Of a stretch of 64,000 nt of DNA, positions 14,950 through 26,024 are shown piece by piece. How positions within the stretch are numbered: the stretch's first letter is position 1; the number at the start of each line of letters is the position of its first letter. This DNA comes from a virus. Taxonomy: Duplodnaviria > Caudoviricetes. Position numbers and translations under genes: made by a program. The stretch covers positions 1 through 64,000 of the IMG/VR virus record IMGVR_UViG_3300032327_000460; one strand, 5' to 3'. The notes beneath the pieces were generated by a model. That model made no database searches. It was not told where the DNA came from and was given only the letters and a program-made list of their open reading frames with translations.

Positions 14950-17900
14950 TTAATCTTGTGGTATACCAAACTCTGTAGAATCATATGTTACCCATGATGT
15001 TGGGGCACCTGAGTAAATTGTTACTGTAATTTGCATTTCGTTAGAACCATTCAAGCTAACCAATATAAAACTATTATCAATTGTAGGAGGCGCAACTCTG
15101 TTGCTCACAGTATAGAATGTATCAGGTCCTGCTAATGTAGCGTATATATCAAACAATTCCATACCTAATCCACTGTGTTGAATCTGCATGGTAACCTTCA
15201 TCGATGTTATGTTAGAACTAGAAGCAGTGTAAACTACATTTGGTGTAGAACCGGTAATTTCTGCACTCCATCTAAATGATGGAATAATCTTACGCTGACT
15301 ACGAATTACTGTTTGCTCGTCGGTGCTCTCGCCTAGACTAATTGTTGGCAATGTTAAGTTACCGGTGTAGTCAAATACCCAAGGGCTATCAGTAGTTGTA
15401 ATGTTTACATTGCCTGCATGACTGTCTGAACTGGCACCAGAGGTAATATTAACATCGCCGCCGGGAGGTCCCCCACCATCACCAAACGAACCGTATCCGC
15501 CAATCAAGTCTAAGTTGCCACCTGGATTAGAGGCAAATGAGTCACTAGAGCCGGCCCTAATAGTTATATTGTTACCACCTGCACCGCCTGTTGCGATAGG
15601 AGTAAATATGGTTGTATTACCAGGAACTGATACGTTACCGTCTGTACCAAATGTCCACTCGTTTTTAACAATACTAATAGTAAATGTAGCATTCGAGCTA
15701 CCACTCGTAACAGTTATCGTGTCACCCTCAGTATATCCAGTACCTGGAGTAGCAATATCAATATTATTAGCATAACCACCGTCATTGCCAACGTTTACTC
15801 TTAATCCAGTACCACTGCCACCAGTAGTAGCAAGGTCAGAACTAGGATTACTTTCCCAACCGCCACTACTACCTGTAATAGCGGTAACAGCACCTGGCAC
15901 ACCATTTGGAACTGATAGTACTAAGTCAGTGCTAGTAGATATAGTACCATCATCAGGGTGAATTGTAACTGTGTTACTAGTGTATCCACCAAATACAGTA
16001 TTCAGAGCAGTAATCTCAAGATTAGCAGGACCTGCTTCACTAGCATCAATTGATGCGATACCGGGGTTTTCGCCACCATACATTCTTAGTATAGGATCAC
16101 TGCTAGCACCATCACGCGGGAATGTTAATACACCGTCGTAACCAAAGTTCCATTGAGCAGTATTGCCAGCATCGTCATTAGTATTGATAACAATATTACC
16201 TGTGTTTGCCAACTTAACATACAATTCATCATTACCAAGATACAATTCAGTATTATATAAGTTACCTGAGGTCAAATGCAAGTGATTAAAGTCTTCTCCT
16301 GCTGTAGGATAAACTAGTAACTGTTGGTCAGCATTAATTCCACCTGATGGCTTTAGTGCAATTGTATTTCCATCAAGTCCGCCGAATGGAATGCCAGTTT
16401 CAGAAATAATTCCTCCGGATGGTAATGTAATAGTTGCCCCGGCACGTGACAATTCAAATGAGTTATTAGCATCACTTATTCTACCAAATATATTACTTGT
16501 TAAGAATCCACCTGTCCCAAAGATAATATCATTTACTGTACCCTGACTACCGGTCGACAATACTAGATTACCTCCAGTATCTCCTGTGATAATTGTACCC
16601 GGAGAATATGTCTCTACAAATACATATCCATCTCCTGGACCGGTAATAGTGTAATCTGTATCATTAAATCCTGAACTAGTAAAGCCTAAATCTGCCCAGC
16701 CACCATTGTCATCCCCTCGATGACCTAAGGCTACCCAGTCAGCACTACCGTTATCTGAAACATTTTCAATAACACCTTGAATATATGCCTCACCAGTGGT
16801 ACTTGCAATAAACACTGCATTAGTCAAGTCTGCTAAATTGTCGGCGCCCGGTCCTATTGAGATACGTGAGCCACCTAACACGACATTATCGGGTGCATAG
16901 AATGTACCATCATCACCGAATATAAATTCGTGTACACCTGCATTTGCAAAAATAGTTAAATTAGCACTTGCTGGCCCAACAATGTCACCAGGTGTTTGTA
17001 AATTACCGGTATTGTCGAAAGTCCAGGTATGTGCGGCATTGCCGGTTGAAATAGTTGCGTTGCTTTGAGTTACTCTGATGTTACTACCTAGTGTATCATT
17101 GATATAACTGATGGTCTTTAATTCCACGGATCCACTATCGCCATCATCATACGCATAGAAACTGGTGTTGCCACCATAGATGCCTTGAATATTACCCGGC
17201 AAGTTCAATCGACCAGAGTCGTCAAAGCTCCATTGGTAACCATTGCCTTGATAGTCGGTTTCGATGGTAAATCGGTCACGCAGTAATCTTGTTTGTGACA
17301 GGGTATTACCTGCACCGTCAGTGACCACTTGGTATAATCCCCATCCATCATTGTCTTGATCTTGAGTTATAAGAACAAGGTCTTCATTGATAGGGTTGAG
17401 TAAAGTATAGTTAGGCAGTGTTGTAGTGCCATCATAAGAAAAATTCCATTGAGCACTTGGGCCACCATCTTGTTGTGGGTTAACTATAATATTACCAGTG
17501 CCTTCTAGTTTTACATACTTACTATCATCACCAAAGTATTGGTCGTAATAAAGATTGTTGCCTGTGTCGAAATGTATATGAGTAGCAACATCTCCGCCGC
17601 GCACTCTAAAGTATTGTAGGTTTGCTAGTTCAGTATCGCCTGGTGCTAGGTATAATCCACCTCCGCCACCGCTGTCGCCTGTACCTATAACAATTTGGTT
17701 GTCAAATGTAACATCTCCTGTACTACCGCCGCCGGTGACTGGAGCAAAGACGCCATTTCCATATAATACATTGCTTGTACTACCAGTTAAACTGATAGTA
17801 GCAATATTACCTAGACCGGATACATTAGCGGCCGCAACACTATTAGCAGTTGTCGCATAACTTACAGCACCTGATACATTTGCACCTGCCACAGACAATG

Positions 17901-18780
17901 CTGTGTTAGCAATATTAGCATTAGCAACAAATCCCGAAACGTTAGCACCTGCTACTGCATTTGCAGTTGTTGCAAATGTCGCTAATCCAACTGTGCCACT
18001 TATATTAGCACCTTGAATGTTTGACAATCCGTTACCATTACCGGCTAAGAACGGCGAACTAAAAATACCCGTAGTTTTGTTAAATGTGAAACCCAAATTA
18101 CCAGCAAATGTACCTGAATTATTAAATTGTATTTGTGTATTGCTGCCACCCGGAGTACCACCACCACCGCCGCCTGTTTGTGCAGTCCAATTTAAATTGC
18201 CAGCACCATCTGTCTGTAATACGTATCCACTTTCGCCACCTGTTATTTTTACATTACTCACATCACCTAAGTTAGCAGACGTAGACACGTTCAACCTTGT
18301 TAATGACGAAAGACCAGTAGCAGTCATTCCATCAGTAAAAATATTGTTGTCTACATATATATTTCCGGCAGATACTGCACCTGTATATGTAGGTAGATAA
18401 TTAGCAACATCATTGTTACTATATTCGTTACCTGCATAATTATTAACTTTATAACTATTAACTGTCTGATTAACTGCACTAACAGAAACTGCCTTAGGGC
18501 TAGTATATACAGTTACTACATCTGCTGGATCATTGCTAGATGATGATGTAACAGTAACAGAATTACCTGACGTTGCTTGAGTGGCTTGATTGTAGGTTAC
18601 TGTATCTTTACTGACACTAGGTACGATTCCTCTAGAAATTGAACCACCTGTAGATGTTTCTGCCCCAGTACTGGCCGAGATAGTAGCAGGTGAAGTTCTT
18701 GCAATTGAAGGTGATTGTTTTTCTAATGATTTTAATATTGCTGGATCGGATCCGCCGATCATTGGTGGGGTTGTTGCCAT
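14950..18780 (-). CDS. Large tail fibre/adhesin-like protein (1276 aa)
   Basis: Gly/Asn/Thr-rich; repeated W.F...G.L..PG modules; shares segments with neighbouring fibre genes. Confidence 0.7.
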   Translation of the reverse strand: MATTPPMIGGSDPAILKSLEKQSPSIARTSPATISASTGAETSTGGSISRGIVPSVSKDTVTYNQATQATSGNSVTVTSSSSNDPADVVTVYTSPKAVSVSAVNQTVNSYKVNNYAGNEYSNNDVANYLPTYTGAVSAGNIYVDNNIFTDGMTATGLSSLTRLNVSTSANLGDVSNVKITGGESGYVLQTDGAGNLNWTAQTGGGGGGTPGGSNTQIQFNNSGTFAGNLGFTFNKTTGIFSSPFLAGNGNGLSNIQGANISGTVGLATFATTANAVAGANVSGFVANANIANTALSVAGANVSGAVSYATTANSVAAANVSGLGNIATISLTGSTSNVLYGNGVFAPVTGGGSTGDVTFDNQIVIGTGDSGGGGGLYLAPGDTELANLQYFRVRGGDVATHIHFDTGNNLYYDQYFGDDSKYVKLEGTGNIIVNPQQDGGPSAQWNFSYDGTTTLPNYTLLNPINEDLVLITQDQDNDGWGLYQVVTDGAGNTLSQTRLLRDRFTIETDYQGNGYQWSFDDSGRLNLPGNIQGIYGGNTSFYAYDDGDSGSVELKTISYINDTLGSNIRVTQSNATISTGNAAHTWTFDNTGNLQTPGDIVGPASANLTIFANAGVHEFIFGDDGTFYAPDNVVLGGSRISIGPGADNLADLTNAVFIASTTGEAYIQGVIENVSDNGSADWVALGHRGDDNGGWADLGFTSSGFNDTDYTITGPGDGYVFVETYSPGTIITGDTGGNLVLSTGSQGTVNDIIFGTGGFLTSNIFGRISDANNSFELSRAGATITLPSGGIISETGIPFGGLDGNTIALKPSGGINADQQLLVYPTAGEDFNHLHLTSGNLYNTELYLGNDELYVKLANTGNIVINTNDDAGNTAQWNFGYDGVLTFPRDGASSDPILRMYGGENPGIASIDASEAGPANLEITALNTVFGGYTSNTVTIHPDDGTISTSTDLVLSVPNGVPGAVTAITGSSGGWESNPSSDLATTGGSGTGLRVNVGNDGGYANNIDIATPGTGYTEGDTITVTSGSSNATFTISIVKNEWTFGTDGNVSVPGNTTIFTPIATGGAGGNNITIRAGSSDSFASNPGGNLDLIGGYGSFGDGGGPPGGDVNITSGASSDSHAGNVNITTTDSPWVFDYTGNLTLPTISLGESTDEQTVIRSQRKIIPSFRWSAEITGSTPNVVYTASSSNITSMKVTMQIQHSGLGMELFDIYATLAGPDTFYTVSNRVAPPTIDNSFILVSLNGSNEMQITVTIYSGAPTSWVTYDSTEFGIPQD

Positions 18781-18842
18781 ATAGGTCCTTATTATATTAG
18801 TATTTAGTCTAATTATTGATAAAAAGACCCCTATATGTGCTA

Positions 18843-19673
18843 TTATGGATTGCTAACTTCTTTTATTATCCAAAAATCATTACTCATTGAAGTGTCCTGT
18901 ATTACACTAAATGGCATATAAAAATAGCCCTTATCTCCCCATCCCGTTCCCCAGCTGTTTCTAACAATATAATGTTGCATTACTGCATCGTATCCTACTA
19001 TTAAAACAGCATGACCACCTAATAATCTTTCTTGTCTTTTATTGGGATATGTCATTATGCCGGTTCTGTTTATTCTATAGAAGCTAGGATAAACATCAAA
19101 GCCAATAATAATTGGATATCCGTTGTTTAATGCATCTATGCATCCATCATGGTTAACTACTCGTTCATATCTAGTTACTTTGCGATTAAGAGCATCATTT
19201 ATTGCCTCAGTTAATGGTCTTTGTTTAAATTTGGATACTATATAAGGCCAAAGTCTTTCAAGTGACGCACCATATCTAGACACAGATTTTATACCATCAC
19301 GAATATAAGCACCACTGTCATAACTTACTGTACCTAACAGTAGACGCTCAAAATAATAGATAAACAATCTACTAATATCACTGTATTTACCATTGCGTTT
19401 GTTCAATAGTTCAATAGCACCTGCAATCGCTTGTCCAGTACAACTGCCTAAACTACCTTGATTTTCAATAGGGGAGCAAAAGTTTCGTAAATCTACTCTA
19501 TTAGATACCCTAGTACCATTTGCTAGATATAAGTAATCTCGATTATCTTTCTTATCACGAATCCATTGGAGATTGTATAGTTTTTGTGTTGTTGGTTTAA
19601 CAACTGTTCCGGTAGGTTTATTAAAGGTATGATCCTCGTTAGTGTTTACTATGGTACGAGGATCTTGTTTCAT
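18843..19673 (-). CDS. Papain-like cysteine protease (C1A)
   Basis: QGSLGSCTG, GGHAV, IVRNSWG..WGDKGY. Confidence 0.92.
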   Translation of the reverse strand: MKQDPRTIVNTNEDHTFNKPTGTVVKPTTQKLYNLQWIRDKKDNRDYLYLANGTRVSNRVDLRNFCSPIENQGSLGSCTGQAIAGAIELLNKRNGKYSDISRLFIYYFERLLLGTVSYDSGAYIRDGIKSVSRYGASLERLWPYIVSKFKQRPLTEAINDALNRKVTRYERVVNHDGCIDALNNGYPIIIGFDVYPSFYRINRTGIMTYPNKRQERLLGGHAVLIVGYDAVMQHYIVRNSWGTGWGDKGYFYMPFSVIQDTSMSNDFWIIKEVSNP

Positions 19674-19753
19674 TTAGGTAACTTGTCACGCATCTTTTGC
19701 CAAAAATCTGAATCACCTGGTTTTGGTTCTTGTTGCAAATTCATAATATTTCC

Positions 19754-20179
19754 TTAAACGCTAAATGTGAATGGATAGTTGTACGTTGCGGCACCCGTTT
19801 GCCCTTGTACAAAGAACACCAAACTACCTCCTGAATTATTAATTACATTAATAGTACTTGATGGTACTGTACTGCCTGGCCCCCAAGTACAAGTATGTGT
19901 ACCGGTAGTAAAATTGGCTGCAAACCATGTTTGATTACTTGCTGACAATGCAGTGATAGCAATACCAGTTTTAGTATCATCATTGATTGTAAATCCGATC
20001 GGGCTATTGATAGTAGCAGTAGGATCTTCTAAAGTGCCACCTGGAGTTACCGGAGGCGGCATCTCACTGTAACCGGTTACATTGTCTACTCCTGCAGTTC
20101 CACCACCGCCACCACCAGCACCGATACTAATACCGGGCCCTATACTTATTCCACCTTCTATTACTATTGACATTGCCAT
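19754..20179 (-). CDS. Small virion-like protein with IVIxGGISIG N-terminus
   Basis: N-terminal motif shared with the adjacent gene. Confidence 0.6.
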   Translation of the reverse strand: MAMSIVIEGGISIGPGISIGAGGGGGGTAGVDNVTGYSEMPPPVTPGGTLEDPTATINSPIGFTINDDTKTGIAITALSASNQTWFAANFTTGTHTCTWGPGSTVPSSTINVINNSGGSLVFFVQGQTGAATYNYPFTFSV

Positions 20180-20191
20180 AATTTTTTTCCT

Positions 20192-20932
20192 TTATATTCC
20201 GTATCTTGTTCTTACAACATTAAAATTTGTTGTTAATTCAGATTGACTTAACGCACGATCATAAATCAATACTTGTCCAATATTACCGTTCAACCAATTT
20301 GTCCAACCACTGTAATCGTTACCAATCAAAATATCTGTGGTATTGCCTAGTGTTGGGCCGATTGTGTCGCTGCCTTGCAATACACCGTTATACCAAATTT
20401 TGCGTGTGGTGCCGTCCCACTGTGATACAAAGTTAGCCCAGTTAGTACCGGGTGCACTCGGAGTCCATGATGAGGTTAATAACGGAGTTCCAAACCAATT
20501 GACGTATAGATATCCAGTCTGATCTAATCCAAAATCATTGATTTGATCGTAAGTAGCAGTGGCTCCTATAGTCACCATGGCAGGACTATATCCACGTCCT
20601 GTCCAGCCGCTTGGGAATTGAACCCATGTGCTGACTGTATAAGGAGTGCTGCCATTTGGTATGCCTGTTGTAGCACTGGAATTACTGAACCATCCTTGAG
20701 CACCGGTACTAAAGTATCCACCACCAGATACAGTATATGAAATATCACCTGAGTTTTGCATAGCAACATCGTTGCCATTGCCGCTTAGGTCATACCAAGT
20801 TGTACCTGATCCAGAGTAACTATCAGCATTGTTTGCGTCTAAGTATAACTGTAATCCGTACAATGTAATTGGTGTAGATCCTATACTAATACCAGAGCCT
20901 ATACTGATTCCGCCGTCTATTACTATTGCCAT
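20192..20932 (-). CDS. LamG/concanavalin-A-like lectin domain protein
   Basis: LQLYLDA..SYSGSGTTWYDLSGNGN..NG.IGQVLIYDRALS. Confidence 0.85.
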   Translation of the reverse strand: MAIVIDGGISIGSGISIGSTPITLYGLQLYLDANNADSYSGSGTTWYDLSGNGNDVAMQNSGDISYTVSGGGYFSTGAQGWFSNSSATTGIPNGSTPYTVSTWVQFPSGWTGRGYSPAMVTIGATATYDQINDFGLDQTGYLYVNWFGTPLLTSSWTPSAPGTNWANFVSQWDGTTRKIWYNGVLQGSDTIGPTLGNTTDILIGNDYSGWTNWLNGNIGQVLIYDRALSQSELTTNFNVVRTRYGI

Positions 20933-21001
20933 TTATTATCCTTTATACTATTTAGTTAAACTGATCATATATTATAAATGCTTTCAACTAGAATGAATTA
21001 T

Positions 21002-21862
21002 TTATATATCACCAACGTTTGTGCTAGGAAATTGTCTAGTTGTCCCGGGCCATATGATTCTTACTGCACCACTACCACTTCCGGCGCCAAGACCACCACC
21101 ACCACCGCCATATTTACCGCCAAGGCCGCCGGCACCCGCCCCATTACCACCACCCGAACCACCGCCACCACCACCTCCGTTTAAGGAACTTGAAGCTGGT
21201 TGTGCCCCTCCTAAACCACTTGCACCTTGACCGTAAATTCCTACACCTCCACCAGACCCGGGACTACCTCCACCAGCACCTCCGCCGCCCCCGCCTCCGC
21301 CTGCTGGGGCGTTACCGTTACCGCTGCCGCCGGTAGTGAATGTTCCACTATAAGCATATGCACCTCTACCGCCACTATATGTTACTACACTACCTGCAGT
21401 TCCTCCTCCGGTACCACCCTCTCCACCTATTGAGGTTGACGATCCTGATCCGGCATACCTACCAGTTCCGCCGTTTCCACTATAACCAGCTGCACCGGCA
21501 CCGCCACCACGGTATCCACCAAATCCTCCTTGTGAATTTTGACCTGACCCTGCATACAAATAAGTACTTGTATTAAAGTATGATGGGGTACCATAATTAG
21601 CTTCACCAGAAACAGCCGCACCTACTTGTACAGTATATGTTTCACCCGGAATAACTGTTAAATTATTTAGGTAGGTTAATGATCCGCCACCGCCACCTGC
21701 AGCCCTAACTCCAATACCGCCTGCCCCCACAAGTAATATTGATATAGATGTGACACCACTGGGTACTATCCAAGAATATGTTCCCGGAGTCGTAAACTCT
21801 ACCTGATTTGTCACCGGTAAATTTCTTATTCCTAAACTAGAACCTATCTGTGATACAAGCAT
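21002..21862 (-). CDS. Glycine-rich domain virion protein
   Basis: FTTPGTYSW.VPSGVTSISILLVGAGG..GAVRIIW. Confidence 0.75.
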   Translation of the reverse strand: MLVSQIGSSLGIRNLPVTNQVEFTTPGTYSWIVPSGVTSISILLVGAGGIGVRAAGGGGGSLTYLNNLTVIPGETYTVQVGAAVSGEANYGTPSYFNTSTYLYAGSGQNSQGGFGGYRGGGAGAAGYSGNGGTGRYAGSGSSTSIGGEGGTGGGTAGSVVTYSGGRGAYAYSGTFTTGGSGNGNAPAGGGGGGGGAGGGSPGSGGGVGIYGQGASGLGGAQPASSSLNGGGGGGGSGGGNGAGAGGLGGKYGGGGGGLGAGSGSGAVRIIWPGTTRQFPSTNVGDI

Positions 21863-21875
21863 TTATATTCTCTTA

Positions 21876-24800
21876 TTAATAGTACGTTGCAAGTTGTCCT
21901 ATTACAGTGTATGTACCACTATTATTAAAAATAGTAAATACCATAACTGATACAGTACTCGCACTTGCAGCTGGTGTAGCTCCTCCATACCATCGTATAG
22001 TCTGTGCAACGCCCGCTATTTGTATAGCATTACATATATAAGGAGTAGCTCCTTGTGCAATTACCAAAGTTAATATGCTTGCGCGGCTCGATGTAGCATT
22101 TAAATTAGTGATGTTTGCTGTAAAGTTTGCAACCACACCTGTGTGATAGAAGGTTCCTCCCAAAGAGTAATTATGTACCACTACACCTGTAGCTCCAGTT
22201 ATTGTTTGAAATACTTCTTGAGATTGTTGTACAACAGTTGTTCCGGCAACTGTTACTCCCGTCAATGACCCAACACTTGTAATATTTGGTTGAGCCGCAG
22301 TTGTCACCGTGCCTGCAGTAGTTGCAGTACCTGCAGTTGCTACGGATAAGTTAGCAACTTGCGTAGTTGATGTTACTGTAAACGGTGCAGTACCAGTAGC
22401 AATACTTGATACAATAATACCTGCTGTTCCTAAGTTACCTACGTTGGCATTACCGGTAACAGATAGAACACCACCTGTAGTTAAGTTACCACCAGTAATA
22501 TTACCAGTTGCAATAATTAATCCACTTGTACCTATGTTACCAACGTTAGCATTACCAGTAGCACTTAATATTCCGCCGGTAGTTAAATTGCCACCTGTGA
22601 TATTACCGGTCGCAATAATTAATCCACTTGTACCTAAGTTACCTACGTTAGCATTACCTGTTGCACTTAGTGTTGTGGCGAAGACACCTGTAGTATTAAC
22701 GTTACCTGCACCAATGTTACCAGTTGCTGTGATAAGACCACTTGTACCTAAGTTACCTACGTTGGCATTACCGGTAACAGATAGAACACCACCTGTAGTT
22801 AAGTTACCACCAGTAATATTACCAGTAGCAGTAATTAATCCACTTGTTCCTAAGTTACCTACGTTGGCATTACCTGATACACTTAGACTTGCTAATGTAC
22901 CTGTACTTGTAATATTTGGTTGTGCGGCTGTATAAACAGTACCTGCTACTAATGCATTACCTACTTGACCTGATACATTAGCACCAGCCACTGCATTTGC
23001 AGTTGTTGCAAATGACACTGCACCTGATACATTAGCACCGGCCACTGCATTTGCAGTTGTTGCAAATGACACTGCACCTGATACATTAGCACCAGCCACT
23101 GCATTTGCAGTTGTTGCATATGTAACCGCTCCGGACACATTAGCACCGGCCACTGCATTTGCAGTTGTTGCAAATGACACTGCACCTGACACATTAGCGC
23201 CTTGAATATTACTTAATAAATTACCCGACCCACTGAAATAATTACTAGTTGTTAGGTTACCTAAATTAGCATTAGCCGCAGTAACATTGCCAGATATACT
23301 TAGTGATGTTAATGTACCTGTAGCGGTTATGTTAGGTTGAGACCCGGTAGTTAGCGATCCGGCAACAGTAGTAAATACACCTGAGGCTGCACCTATATTA
23401 CCAACATTTGCGTTTCCTGTAGCACTGATAACACCACCTGTTACTAAGTTACCACCAGTAACATTACCAGTTGCAATAATTAATCCACTTGTTCCTAAGT
23501 TACCTACGTTGGCATTACCAGTGATACTTAATATTCCGCCGGTAGTTAAATTGCCACCAGTAATATTACCAGTAGCAGTAATTAATCCACTTGTACCTAT
23601 GTTACCTACGTTAGCATTACCAGTAACAGATAAAATACCACTCGTACCTATGTTACCTACGTTGGCATTACCAGATACACTTAAACTTGTTAATGTACCA
23701 ACTGAAGTAATGCTGGGTTGTGCCACATTAACACTGAATACACTACCTGATAATGTTAAACCTGCACCAGCAGTATATGTACCAGCACCTGAAAATTGTA
23801 CCCAATTAACAGAACTTGTACCAACTGTGGTTACTACATCAGTCATTACCCAACCGGTGTTGTCATATTGTGTACCAGCAGTAACGAATGTAAAGTCGCC
23901 GCCTGCCATTTCTACTGGGGTATCAAAATCAGTCGAACGAGTTAATACTGTGCTGCTTGTACGATCATATATACCATTATGTGCTGTATTTGCTTCGTTC
24001 TTGACAATAATACGCATTCCATTTGATAATGTAACACCGTCAATAGTTATATATGATCCTGTTGTTGTTAATGTTGCACCAACACCACTAGCACCGTTAT
24101 TATATGTAACAGTACCACCCGAAATTGATGCTAATGTGCCTGTTGTAGCGGCGTTACAACTGTCATGTGTATGTAGACCTTGTGCAACATCATCAACATA
24201 TTGTTTTGTTGCCGCATCAGTTGAATTTACCGGAGTAGCAAGACTTGTTATGTTCTTGGTATTCATGTTCAAGTTACCAGCAATAGAACTTACGCCTGTA
24301 CCAGTAATACTTAATACACCTGTAACACCTAAGTTACCTACATCCGCATTACCCGTTACGGATAGTACTCCGGTTGTAACTAGATTACCACCTCTGATAT
24401 TACCACTTGCTGTAATTAATCCACCGGTGCCCAAATTACCACCATTAATGTTACCACTAGAAATAATCACTCCACTAGTACCTAAATTACCAACGTTAGT
24501 ATTACCTGTTGCACTTAGTGTTGTGGCGAATACACCGGTAACACCTAAATTACCAACGTTGGCATTACCAGTAGCACTTAATGTTGTAGCAAATACACCT
24601 GTAGTATTAATGTTGCCTGCACCAATGTTACCAGTAACAGATAGAACACCACTTGTACCTAAATTACCTACATTGGCATTACCGGTGGCACTTAGTGTTG
24701 TGGAAAATACACCGGTGACACCTATGTTACCAACGTTAGCATTACCAGTAACAGATAGAACACCACCTGTTACTAAGTTGCTACCGGTAATGTTACCAGT

Positions 24801-25238
24801 TGCGGTAATTAATCCACTTGTACCTAAATTACCAACGTTAGCATTACCTGTCACTGACAAACTAGTTAATGTGCCAGTACTGGTGATGTTAGGTTGAGCG
24901 GCTGTTGTTACCGTACCTGCTGTAGTAGCACTTGTTGCCTCACCTGATAATGAACCTGTAAATGTTGTTGCAATTACATTACCTGCATTGATATTACCGC
25001 TAGTGCTTAGTGTGCCGTTGATATTAGCACCTGTACCAGTAACTACCAAAATATTAGCATTACCGGCTACACTTGTAGTTACATTTCCATTTGCTAGTAC
25101 AGTAACATTACTGTTGCCATTGTTAATAATAGATATATCAGTTAATTGACTACCATTACCTATGAAGTAGTTAGCATTGACATTGCCTGCAGCGGCAAAC
25201 CCACCTTCTGATGTTATTGGTAGTAAAGTTGTTGCCAT
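21876..25238 (-). CDS. Long repetitive tail fibre protein (1120 aa)
   Basis: many GNANVGNLG repeats, DAATKQYVD motif. Confidence 0.75.
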   Translation of the reverse strand: MATTLLPITSEGGFAAAGNVNANYFIGNGSQLTDISIINNGNSNVTVLANGNVTTSVAGNANILVVTGTGANINGTLSTSGNINAGNVIATTFTGSLSGEATSATTAGTVTTAAQPNITSTGTLTSLSVTGNANVGNLGTSGLITATGNITGSNLVTGGVLSVTGNANVGNIGVTGVFSTTLSATGNANVGNLGTSGVLSVTGNIGAGNINTTGVFATTLSATGNANVGNLGVTGVFATTLSATGNTNVGNLGTSGVIISSGNINGGNLGTGGLITASGNIRGGNLVTTGVLSVTGNADVGNLGVTGVLSITGTGVSSIAGNLNMNTKNITSLATPVNSTDAATKQYVDDVAQGLHTHDSCNAATTGTLASISGGTVTYNNGASGVGATLTTTGSYITIDGVTLSNGMRIIVKNEANTAHNGIYDRTSSTVLTRSTDFDTPVEMAGGDFTFVTAGTQYDNTGWVMTDVVTTVGTSSVNWVQFSGAGTYTAGAGLTLSGSVFSVNVAQPSITSVGTLTSLSVSGNANVGNIGTSGILSVTGNANVGNIGTSGLITATGNITGGNLTTGGILSITGNANVGNLGTSGLIIATGNVTGGNLVTGGVISATGNANVGNIGAASGVFTTVAGSLTTGSQPNITATGTLTSLSISGNVTAANANLGNLTTSNYFSGSGNLLSNIQGANVSGAVSFATTANAVAGANVSGAVTYATTANAVAGANVSGAVSFATTANAVAGANVSGAVSFATTANAVAGANVSGQVGNALVAGTVYTAAQPNITSTGTLASLSVSGNANVGNLGTSGLITATGNITGGNLTTGGVLSVTGNANVGNLGTSGLITATGNIGAGNVNTTGVFATTLSATGNANVGNLGTSGLIIATGNITGGNLTTGGILSATGNANVGNIGTSGLIIATGNITGGNLTTGGVLSVTGNANVGNLGTAGIIVSSIATGTAPFTVTSTTQVANLSVATAGTATTAGTVTTAAQPNITSVGSLTGVTVAGTTVVQQSQEVFQTITGATGVVVHNYSLGGTFYHTGVVANFTANITNLNATSSRASILTLVIAQGATPYICNAIQIAGVAQTIRWYGGATPAASASTVSVMVFTIFNNSGTYTVIGQLATYY
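22981..23196. repeat. Four tandem 54-bp repeats (18 aa NVSGAVSFATTANAVAGA)
   Basis: direct inspection. Confidence 0.9.
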
Positions 25239-25250
25239 TTTTTATTCTTT

Positions 25251-26006
25251 TTAATTATATGTGCGCCAAGTTGTTCCATTAAAGAATAGACCAAAATTTT
25301 GATTATTAGTACTTACTGTCATACTTCCTGACGAACCCATTATAGTTTGACCATTTGGATTAATAGTCAGATTATTTGATGCAAACGCACCGCCGGCATC
25401 AGCAAAGAATATTGCACCACCTGTTGATGGACTTGCTGGTAAGGTTGCTGTTATTGCACCGCTAGTTGTATTGACACCATATCTACCGCCAACATTGGCA
25501 TTAAAGTTTGCACTTTCAATTGAGAAAGATGCCTCTGTTTGGGCAGTCCAACTTAAATTTCCAGCACCATCAGTACTCAATACATAATTAGCGGTGCCAC
25601 CTGTAATTTTAACATTGCCGACACTACCTAAGTTAGCGGTTGTTCCAACATTTAATGTTGTGATAGATGCAAGTCCCGTAGTACTTATATTACCTAAGTA
25701 TGCGGTACCAGTACTTGTTATATTGCCGTTAATCGTTGCGTTACCAGACACTGCTAAGGTAGTTAATGTACCAACGCTAGTTATATTAGGTTGTGCCGCG
25801 TTAGCCACTGAGTAAGCAATATTAGCTCTGTTTGCAGTAACATAGTTTCCACCCGACTGTGACAATATTACATTAGCGAGATTTCCCAATGTAGTTTTTT
25901 GTGTGGTGGGTATACCTGCCATGTTGACGACTGGAAGCAATGTAGTAACCGCTAAGTTAGCACTTCCTATGTCTGTTAGTTGTGTGATTTTAATTTGTGT
26001 TGCCAT
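25251..26006 (-). CDS. Tail-associated protein
   Basis: NVKITGG..YVL.TDGAGNLSW shared with 14950..18780. Confidence 0.65.
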   Translation of the reverse strand: MATQIKITQLTDIGSANLAVTTLLPVVNMAGIPTTQKTTLGNLANVILSQSGGNYVTANRANIAYSVANAAQPNITSVGTLTTLAVSGNATINGNITSTGTAYLGNISTTGLASITTLNVGTTANLGSVGNVKITGGTANYVLSTDGAGNLSWTAQTEASFSIESANFNANVGGRYGVNTTSGAITATLPASPSTGGAIFFADAGGAFASNNLTINPNGQTIMGSSGSMTVSTNNQNFGLFFNGTTWRTYN

Positions 26007-26024
26007 TTTTATTTTCCAAAATTT

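Noticed and set aside
22981-23196. CRISPR array
   Set aside because: Contiguous in-frame coding repeats with no unique spacers; no cas genes
23509-24897. Long plus-strand ORFs opposite fibre and tape-measure genes (also 22309..22935 and 48452..49438)
   Set aside because: Shadow ORFs from biased codon use on the coding strand; no RBS or recognisable motif
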